Source: a virus (lineage: Duplodnaviria > Caudoviricetes). From it: DNA of 25,628 bases. Below, one piece after another: positions 18,174 through 24,388 of the stretch. The notes beneath the pieces were generated by a model that worked only from the letters and a program-made list of their open reading frames with translations, searched no databases and was not told the origin of the DNA. Location: IMG/VR virus record IMGVR_UViG_3300020519_000021, positions 1 to 25,628 of that record; one strand, given 5' to 3'. How positions within the stretch are numbered: position 1 is the stretch's first letter; each line of letters opens with the position of its first letter. The translations under genes and the position numbers were made by a program.

Positions 18174-18845
18174 CTCTTTTATTGCATTGTCGTCATACTC
18201 TTTAGGGTCTTTAGGTGATATTACAACCCTAACCCTCTTGTTAAGTCTTTCAGACAGGTTTCTAGCCGTTTTAATGGCATCTTTCGCCTTGTCCATGTCG
18301 TTCCATATAAAAACATTCTTATACTCGTCTAGGTGGCTTGCCGCATCTTGCGAGGGCATACTGCCTAACATGGGGACAGCAGTAAATTGTCGTCCAACCT
18401 TAACAGCAGACACTATATCCTCGACAAACACCAATACATCTTGATTAAACCCATACTTTAAAAAGGGTTTTGTGCCACTCGTCAGGTATTTTGCACCCTT
18501 GTCAAAGTTCCTAGCACACCAATACTCGTTACTAGAATATAAAACCAGCAGTTCACATGGCATTAAGCCATATTTTCCAATTCTTTCCCTTGCATAAGTG
18601 AATTGTGCTATCTCATCACTCGTTAAACCATACCCTAGGAGCCATTTTAAGGCACCGCCAGCGAGTTTTGTTTCCAAAGTGATACCGTTACATATCTTAA
18701 CCTCTTTTATCGCCTTAAAACGCTTTAAACTAAGTTTAGGTGTATAGCGATTGCATGAAAAACAGTAAAAACTGTCGTCATACTCCGCATTTGCATCACT
18801 TGAGCCACATTTTTCACAAGGTGTGAATTGGATAAACTTACTCAT
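18147..18845 (-). CDS. DNA primase (Zn ribbon plus TOPRIM)
   Basis: CEKCGSSD...CFSC; FVEDIVSA; WNDMD; KDPK. Confidence 0.9.
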   Translation of the reverse strand: MSKFIQFTPCEKCGSSDANAEYDDSFYCFSCNRYTPKLSLKRFKAIKEVKICNGITLETKLAGGALKWLLGYGLTSDEIAQFTYARERIGKYGLMPCELLVLYSSNEYWCARNFDKGAKYLTSGTKPFLKYGFNQDVLVFVEDIVSAVKVGRQFTAVPMLGSMPSQDAASHLDEYKNVFIWNDMDKAKDAIKTARNLSERLNKRVRVVISPKDPKEYDDNAIKEYIYNNIIY

Positions 18846-19002
18846 CTACTATCCCTCGTAATTCTTTTTCAATCTCAATATATGTGATTTCGTCTTTCGT
18901 AAACTGATAACACTTGTTGCAAAAGTCCACATATACCCCATGACTATCTTTACGGATAGCCTCTAAATCTGATAATTCACAATCACAAGCCAAACAGCGC
19001 AT
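18838..19002 (-). CDS. 54-aa Zn-finger protein (not in ORF track)
   Basis: MRCLACDCELSDLEAIRK...DFCNKC; AAGGA RBS; overlaps the primase start. Confidence 0.75.
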   Translation of the reverse strand: MRCLACDCELSDLEAIRKDSHGVYVDFCNKCYQFTKDEITYIEIEKELRGIVDE

Positions 19003-19021
19003 TTTAAATCCTTATAATAAA

Positions 19022-19071
19022 TGTTGTCAAAAAGCAACACTATTATAACAGGTTGTTGTAAAAATACAACA
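19022..19071 (-). promoter_or_regulatory. Replication-operon promoter flanked by two palindromic operators
   Basis: TGnTATAAT (-10 at 19042-19047); TGTTG-N8-CAACA at 19022-19039 and 19054-19071. Confidence 0.6.
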
Positions 19072-19107
19072 TAAAACTCAGGTTCCCTATACCCACACAA
19101 AGAGTGT

Positions 19108-19302
19108 TTAAACGCTGTGTTTAGGCTGTAATTTCCGTGATTTGCAGCGATTTTCGGTTAATTGCATGAAATTAGCAGGTATATTGCCATATTTTCTACA
19201 AACAATTAAATTCCCGTCTAATATGCGAAACCTTACGCAATTTTCCCAACCATCATAAAAATATACATCGAAAGTAAATACTGAACTCCATTTGATTTTC
19301 AT
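19108..19302 (-). CDS. Hypothetical early protein
   Basis: 64 aa, TAATG coupling. Confidence 0.6.
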   Translation of the reverse strand: MKIKWSSVFTFDVYFYDGWENCVRFRILDGNLIVCRKYGNIPANFMQLTENRCKSRKLQPKHSV

Positions 19303-19497
19303 TATATAAAATCCTCTTCTATTAAAAAATTATCCATCTTATAATCCTCTTGCCCTAAGTCTAAATCTTTCCAATACTCAAGCAAAAAGTCTTCCGCTTC
19401 TTTGTGTGATTTCCAATAGGTTTTGGGCATAGTCCACATCGCCCAGTCGTCTATTTTTTCCACATATTCCCAAATAGTATATACCTTGGTTAGCATT
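19302..19497 (-). CDS. Hypothetical early protein
   Basis: MLTKVYTIWEY...; probable start about 19496 after GGAG (track start 19544). Confidence 0.55.
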
Positions 19498-19518
19498 TTA
19501 AGGCACTCCTCGCTTGTT

Positions 19519-19722
19519 TTAATAAGAAAGTAATATGATGACAACAGCTAGTAGGCAAGTCGCCCCTATGAAGGCTAAAGTGTCCGCCACCTGTCCAAAT
19601 AATGGTTGTTTTTCTCGTTTGTAATCCCAATCGACATCGTTTAAACAGTTTCGGTCTGTCCCATGCAAAGAGATAAACTTATAATGCGATACATCGCTTG
19701 CGTGTTTATATGGGTGTTTCAT
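19519..19722 (-). CDS. Hypothetical protein with C-terminal TM helix
   Basis: 67 aa, GGAG RBS, hydrophobic tail. Confidence 0.65.
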   Translation of the reverse strand: MKHPYKHASDVSHYKFISLHGTDRNCLNDVDWDYKREKQPLFGQVADTLAFIGATCLLAVVIILLSY

Positions 19723-19886
19723 TTTTCTAACTCCACAAAAAATAACATTGTCATTAAAACTGTCGTTAGTGTTAAAACTACAATACTAAAAACAGATGGG
19801 TTATTGTAAACGATTTTTGCAAATAGCATATATAAAACCGTTAAAAATATTATTATTAAAAATATAATTTGTTTGTTAGATATCAT
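19719..19886 (-). CDS. 55-aa two-TM membrane protein (not in ORF track)
   Basis: MISNKQIIFLIIIFLTVLYMLF...SIVVLTLTTVLMTMLFFVELEK; ATGA overlaps at both ends. Confidence 0.65.
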   Translation of the reverse strand: MISNKQIIFLIIIFLTVLYMLFAKIVYNNPSVFSIVVLTLTTVLMTMLFFVELEK

Positions 19887-20137
19887 TTTTTAATCCCTTT
19901 AGGTTTAATAGGTTTGGTTATCTTACTCGCACATGAAGCGCACCGCACTAGCTTACGATTTAAGCTGTCGAATGTTACCTTCTGCAATTTAATGCTTTTA
20001 TGCGTTTGGCAGTGGTTGCAGTAAAAAGTCGTGTCTGCTGGCTTAAAGTATGCGCTGTCATAATCCCAATCATCGCACCCACTCTCAAACCAATTGTTTA
20101 TTCGACATTGAATTTTATAATTTATGCTGTCTTGCAT
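19883..20137 (-). CDS. Hypothetical Zn-finger protein
   Basis: CNHC...CASC; ATG 20137 with GAGGGG RBS. Confidence 0.65.
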   Translation of the reverse strand: MQDSINYKIQCRINNWFESGCDDWDYDSAYFKPADTTFYCNHCQTHKSIKLQKVTFDSLNRKLVRCASCASKITKPIKPKGIKK

Positions 20138-20138
20138 T

Positions 20139-20270
20139 TTATTCCCCCTCTGCGATTGCTTTTGCTTCAGCAATATGCCCTAAAATAGTGTCTAAATCGG
20201 GATTATCCCTTAATAATTCAGCATAGGCAACATTTAAAAGCCTAGCAATTATGTTTAATTGTTCAAGCAT
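20139..20270 (-). CDS. 43-aa hypothetical protein (not in ORF track)
   Basis: MLEQLNIIARLLNVAYAELLRDNPDLDTILGHIAEAKAIAEGE; GGAGG RBS. Confidence 0.65.
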   Translation of the reverse strand: MLEQLNIIARLLNVAYAELLRDNPDLDTILGHIAEAKAIAEGE

Positions 20271-20430
20271 CTTTAACCTCCACTATTTCGTCGATTTCCC
20301 ATGTAATTTCGTCCAATTCCTCGAAATCATCATTATCTATATCATCGAAAACGATATCCTCGACATTTTCCACTTCCACCTCTGCGACATAATATGTAAC
20401 GGCTTTGGCGTATATTCTGAATTTAGGCAT
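20263..20430 (-). CDS. 55-aa highly acidic protein (not in ORF track)
   Basis: MPKFRIYAKAVTYYVAEVEVENVEDIVFDDIDNDDFEELDEITWEIDEIVEVKDA. Confidence 0.7.
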   Translation of the reverse strand: MPKFRIYAKAVTYYVAEVEVENVEDIVFDDIDNDDFEELDEITWEIDEIVEVKDA

Positions 20431-20605
20431 TTTCCACCCCTAATTTAATTGCGCTAAAGCACTCAAAGTCCCCAGCGTCGCTAATATCCCACTCCAAGTC
20501 GCTACAATTCTCAAAAGCCAGTTCTATGGCTTGCTGTTCGCTGTCGGCTTCCACTTTGGTTTGTTCGTAAACTGTCTGCCTTGATGTTACTAGATATAAA
20601 GCCAT
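20423..20605 (-). CDS. Acidic hypothetical protein
   Basis: 60 aa with VEADSEQQAIELA motif; AAGGGG RBS. Confidence 0.7.
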   Translation of the reverse strand: MALYLVTSRQTVYEQTKVEADSEQQAIELAFENCSDLEWDISDAGDFECFSAIKLGVENA

Positions 20606-20616
20606 TTTAATACCCC

Positions 20617-20976
20617 TTAAAAATTAGCGTTAATTGTGCTTACTGTTTCAAGATAGTATTCGCACTCGGTCTGCGAGTATTCTTGCTCGATGTCCCCAGC
20701 TTCCTCACCAATGCGAACAAACTCGGTCATTAACTCCGCTTCATTAGCAAGGGATAATAGGTTGCCCCATCTTATAACCTCGCTGTAACTGTCATACCAC
20801 TTCGAGTATTCTACATCTAAATATATTATTTCATAAACAGCATTATTTAGTTGTTCGATAGCTGCCCCAAAATCCTCTGCTAATTGCTCGCACAATTCCG
20901 CATTGTCGGCTTTAAACTTAGCCATGTCATCGTAAGAGCCATAAATTAAACTTTTCACTTCGCTACGGTATCCCAT
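20617..20976 (-). CDS. Acidic hypothetical early protein
   Basis: 119 aa; MGYRSEV, KWY and FVRIGEE motifs. Confidence 0.75.
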   Translation of the reverse strand: MGYRSEVKSLIYGSYDDMAKFKADNAELCEQLAEDFGAAIEQLNNAVYEIIYLDVEYSKWYDSYSEVIRWGNLLSLANEAELMTEFVRIGEEAGDIEQEYSQTECEYYLETVSTINANF

Positions 20977-21137
20977 TATTTTTCCCCTTGTTTTAGTATG
21001 TTAAAAATCTGCTCTAATTGTTCATTCGTTAAGGTTAACCAATTCGTCGCCCCTGCCGTTGATGTTATCCGCAAAGATAGGTAATTTTCGCCTTGCGTGA
21101 GTGCGAGTTTTTCTAGCTGTTGATTTAAGTAAGTCAT
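20976..21137 (-). CDS. 53-aa hypothetical protein (not in ORF track)
   Basis: MTYLNQQLEKLALTQGENYLSLRITSTAGATNWLTL...; TAATG coupling downstream. Confidence 0.65.
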   Translation of the reverse strand: MTYLNQQLEKLALTQGENYLSLRITSTAGATNWLTLTNEQLEQIFNILKQGEK

Positions 21138-21139
21138 AA

Positions 21140-21298
21140 TTAAGCCCTCGCGATAAAATAACCAGCTTGATGTGCAAGCCCTTCAATACATAACTTAAAA
21201 TATACATCATAAGTAGATTTTATTTTAAAACTAGTGCATTTTAATTTAGCTTGTTTTCCAAACTTTTTAACAGCAGTTTTATATGTGATTGTTTGCAT
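21140..21298 (-). CDS. 52-aa hypothetical protein (not in ORF track)
   Basis: MQTITYKTAVKKFGKQAKLKC...; starts 2 nt after the upstream stop. Confidence 0.6.
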   Translation of the reverse strand: MQTITYKTAVKKFGKQAKLKCTSFKIKSTYDVYFKLCIEGLAHQAGYFIARA

Positions 21299-21300
21299 GA

Positions 21301-21549
21301 TTAAGCCCCCATAACAGAATGGTTAAATGTGAAATAGTAGCCGCTATCGTCTGAACCGTAACCCATGTTCGATATATCCCAGTCTAGGTTATGCTTAGCT
21401 ACTAACGCTTGCACAGCCTTATAATGCACAGCTTCATAGCTTAAGGCATAGTCATAAGGGATTGTAACAGTAAAGCCGTTAGCCTCCGCCTTGATGCGTG
21501 AGCCTTTAGTGTTTGTTGCGCTTAAGTATTTAGTTTTAATAATAACCAT
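21301..21549 (-). CDS. Hypothetical early protein
   Basis: 82 aa; IKTKYL.AT.TKGSRIKA motif; AAGGA RBS. Confidence 0.75.
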   Translation of the reverse strand: MVIIKTKYLSATNTKGSRIKAEANGFTVTIPYDYALSYEAVHYKAVQALVAKHNLDWDISNMGYGSDDSGYYFTFNHSVMGA

Positions 21550-21579
21550 TTTAATAATCCTTTTCAGAGTTTGGCAGAA

Positions 21580-21614
21580 TTAGCCCCTTAACCCTCGCTA
21601 TAAACAAGGGCTAA
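21580..21614. promoter_or_regulatory. Intergenic hairpin (processing site or terminator)
   Basis: TTAGCCC ... GGGCTAA inverted repeat between early genes. Confidence 0.35.
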
Positions 21615-21623
21615 AAGATAATT

Positions 21624-21764
21624 CTAGTATATTTTTCTTAACGGTCTGTATTCTACACCATAAGCGTTATTTATAAATAAATCTACAAACTGATATTTGC
21701 CATAGTTGCGTTGAACCCATCTAGATAATTCCGCTTGCGTTTTAAATTGTTTTATTTTCCACAT
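21624..21764 (-). CDS. 46-aa hypothetical protein (not in ORF track)
   Basis: MWKIKQFKTQAELSRWVQRNYGKYQFVDLFINNAYGVEYRPLRKIY. Confidence 0.65.
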   Translation of the reverse strand: MWKIKQFKTQAELSRWVQRNYGKYQFVDLFINNAYGVEYRPLRKIY

Positions 21765-21766
21765 GA

Positions 21767-21922
21767 TTAAGCCTCTGGATGATTAGAATTATAAACAGTG
21801 CGAGCTAACTCAATTAAAGTTTTAGCCTCGCTATCGTGCAAGCCGTTGCACTCTGCATAGCGTTCATAAGTTAGATAATTATTAACATAATCTAAGTATA
21901 TATCAATTAAAGTGTTTCGCAT
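21767..21922 (-). CDS. 51-aa hypothetical protein, first early gene (not in ORF track)
   Basis: MRNTLIDIYLDYVNNYLTYERYAECNGL...; AAGGGG RBS. Confidence 0.7.
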   Translation of the reverse strand: MRNTLIDIYLDYVNNYLTYERYAECNGLHDSEAKTLIELARTVYNSNHPEA

Positions 21923-21968
21923 TTTAATACCCCTTGTCTGAATTCCCGCTTAAGTGCGGTATGTGTTC

Positions 21969-21996
21969 ACTATACATTATTAAATAATCAATGCAA
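21969..21996 (-). promoter_or_regulatory. Probable early promoter
   Basis: TTGCAT, 16 bp, TATAGT upstream of the first early gene. Confidence 0.45.
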
Positions 21997-22174
21997 GCAT
22001 TATTTAAACATTTGTTTTAATCAATAATAATCTAATGATAAGTTTTATTTATGGATATTTAAACACCGATATATTAAATAGGAACGCACGCGAATAACTT
22101 AATAATAAACCTTTGTCAAATACTATTTTATTATATTAAAACAATTATATATAAATAAATTGTGCAGTCTTTAT

Positions 22175-22270
22175 TGTTCAATGTTGAACAGTATAGTTTG
22201 TATTGATTGAGTTTACTATGTTTGGCTTATGGGTATCACATCGCACCCTTGCACCGTTCAATGTTGAACA
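22175..22270. repeat. Direct repeat of a palindrome
   Basis: GTTCAATGTTGAACA at 22176-22190 and 22256-22270. Confidence 0.8.
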
Positions 22271-22672
22271 ACACTATCATATTAGTATCATATAACTATA
22301 TAACTATATCGGCATATAAGCACATAGTAGTTTGATAGGGGGGGGTATGTTTAGGCTTGGCGTGTATAATTATATGTATCACAGCGGATACAAAAAAGGT
22401 AAATTAGGGAATCACAAGAAAGACTAGTCTGACTATATAAAATAAGGGGGTCTAGAACGCATTTCTAGGGAGCCCTGCTGGGGGTAACAGAGGATGTCTA
22501 GGGTAACCCCTTAGAACGCACAGGAAGGTGCCTAAAACAAGAGATAATTGATTACTAATACCATCATATCAGTTTATAATAATAATCAGTCCTACGATGT
22601 TAAACAAGGGAGTTGACAACTTTGGTTCATGCTGCCGCATTTCACTTCCGTAGCGTAAGCGTAGGACAATAG

Positions 22673-22784
22673 TATATATTATTTATATATAATAATATTA
22701 ATATAATATATTATTAATATATAACTAAGTAACTAATTAGTACTATATAGTATTTAGGGTAACATAGTTTTAAATAAAAGTCAA
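22673..22784 (-). promoter_or_regulatory. Promoter-like element plus 52-nt A/T-only tract (candidate origin)
   Basis: TTGACT, 17 bp, TACCCT on the - strand; 22673-22724 has no G or C. Confidence 0.45.
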
Positions 22785-22847
22785 CTAGATTTTAAACAAA
22801 TCTAAATATACTAAATATAAATAAATCCTTGTATAAATAAACATCTA

Positions 22848-22876
22848 TTGACAAATCTAAATACTTATGGTATAAT
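22848..22876 (+). promoter_or_regulatory. Consensus sigma70 promoter for the terminase operon
   Basis: TTGACA, 17 bp, TATAAT, extended -10 TG. Confidence 0.85.
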
Positions 22877-22932
22877 TAGAATATAAGAATGGATAATTCA
22901 ACTATAGGAGCAAGCCGTAAGGTTTGTGAACG

Positions 22933-23484
22933 ATGAACCCAAAACCAAATGATGTAACAAGTCCATCAGGACGTAGTATAAATATCCTTGTTCAAGAGGC
23001 GTCAGCCGATGTTCCCCGTGTGCAAGAAGTAGACAATGAACTTGCTTCATTACCCAAAAAGAAAAAGGGTGGTAAACGAATAGGTGCTGGTCGCCCTGCT
23101 TTAGTTCGTGAGAATTACAAGCGGCAAGAGATGGGACTTAAACCTATCCCTAAAACCCCTATTAATGCTAAACGAGATGCAAATCGCATACTCCCCGTTA
23201 GCAAGAAGGCAAGACACCAAGAAATATTAGCTGGTTTATTAAACAGCAAGGGTAAGGCGGTAATCCAAAAGATATTGGACAAAGCCCTAACTGATGGCGA
23301 TGCTGACCAAATGGCGTGTCTTAAGTTGGTGGCTGACCGAATAATCCCTGCTGATTATTTATCTAAGGCTAGTGGTAAGGGTAATCAAATTAATATATCC
23401 ATCACGGGGATTGGTCAAGTGGAAACCTCCACCTACGACAACGATGATGTTCAAGACGCAGAGATAGTAGAGGATAACGAATAG
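22933..23484 (+). CDS. Probable terminase small subunit
   Basis: Basic GGKRIGAGRP motif, helical ILDKAL.DGD...CLKL..DRI.P, INISITG strand, acidic tail; upstream of terL. Confidence 0.65.
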   Translation: MNPKPNDVTSPSGRSINILVQEASADVPRVQEVDNELASLPKKKKGGKRIGAGRPALVRENYKRQEMGLKPIPKTPINAKRDANRILPVSKKARHQEILAGLLNSKGKAVIQKILDKALTDGDADQMACLKLVADRIIPADYLSKASGKGNQINISITGIGQVETSTYDNDDVQDAEIVEDNE

Positions 23485-23984
23485 TGGCTGCTGGGGATTT
23501 TACTGCATATGGTGTTGTTAATAGACCAACTAACTGGTCTTATAATAAATCTATTGGTAATTTAAACCTAAATGCTATGGCTGATGCCAATCGTGGCGCA
23601 TTGATTGGTGATGTTAATTATAATACCCCTGTTGGAACTGTTGGTTATTCAAAAGGTTTAAACGCACCTAAAGATATGTACTATCGTTATGGTGGCGATA
23701 ATTTTAATGTTGAAGCAAGACCTAATGGCATTAGAGGAAGTTATATGGGAGATGGATTTCAAGTGAACGCTACTGATAAATCTTTAGATACATCTTTTAA
23801 TATACCAATGGAAGATAAATCTATGGATGCTAGTTTTGGTATTAACTATGATGGTTATACTAAAACCCCTGCTGTTCAAGCACAGATTCGCAAAGAACTA
23901 TTTAATAATGGATTTATAGATGCCTCAGGTAATATAACACCTAAAGGTTATGAATTTAAATTAACTGGTGGTTTTAACTTTTAA
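23484..23984 (+). CDS. Beta-strand-rich protein with MAAGDFxxYGV tag
   Basis: GTG start overlapping the terS stop, GAGG RBS; Gly/Asn/Tyr-rich amphipathic strands; ends in Phe. Confidence 0.7.
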   Translation: MAAGDFTAYGVVNRPTNWSYNKSIGNLNLNAMADANRGALIGDVNYNTPVGTVGYSKGLNAPKDMYYRYGGDNFNVEARPNGIRGSYMGDGFQVNATDKSLDTSFNIPMEDKSMDASFGINYDGYTKTPAVQAQIRKELFNNGFIDASGNITPKGYEFKLTGGFNF

Positions 23985-24388
23985 TGGCAGCAGGTGATTT
24001 CATCCCTTATGGTGTGGCAACAATGCCAAAATATTCTAAATTAGAGATATCTGATTTTGCCCATAATAATGCTAAAAGCGTTTATCCAAATAAAGAACAA
24101 GCAAATAAAGAACGAGATGCTTATAGGCATATCTTGTGGCAAGCAATGACAGCTAATCAATATGGCGAACCTACAGCCAATATGCTTGGTAATATGCACG
24201 AATCACAACTCCCTTTTGTAGGGACACCATTCCAACCTGCTGACCAAAAGGCTATGGATTTATATAATAATAGATTGGGTGTGGAATTAGGATTACGAGT
24301 AAAGACGCTTCCTGAGATGATGATGGAAGCTAAGAAAATAGTAGATTCAGGCAAGGCTAAATTAGATTCATACGATGGGTCTTATTAA
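23984..24388 (+). CDS. DUF6973-like protein with MAAGDFxxYGV tag
   Basis: DAYRHILWQA...GNMHE...MDLYNN.LG motif. Confidence 0.65.
   Translation: MAAGDFIPYGVATMPKYSKLEISDFAHNNAKSVYPNKEQANKERDAYRHILWQAMTANQYGEPTANMLGNMHESQLPFVGTPFQPADQKAMDLYNNRLGVELGLRVKTLPEMMMEAKKIVDSGKAKLDSYDGSY

Noticed and set aside
10252-20448. Short plus-strand ORFs within the replication/early arm
   Set aside because: Antisense shadows of motif-bearing minus-strand genes
21022-21210. Track ORF of 62 aa
   Set aside because: Two other-frame ORFs (21140-21298, 20976-21137) have RBSs and tile the region better
22176-22270. Minimal CRISPR array
   Set aside because: Only two 15-bp copies with a 65-bp gap and no cas genes
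22589-22667. tRNA gene
   Set aside because: No TTCRA T-loop, D-loop or CCA; kept only as a structured-element candidate
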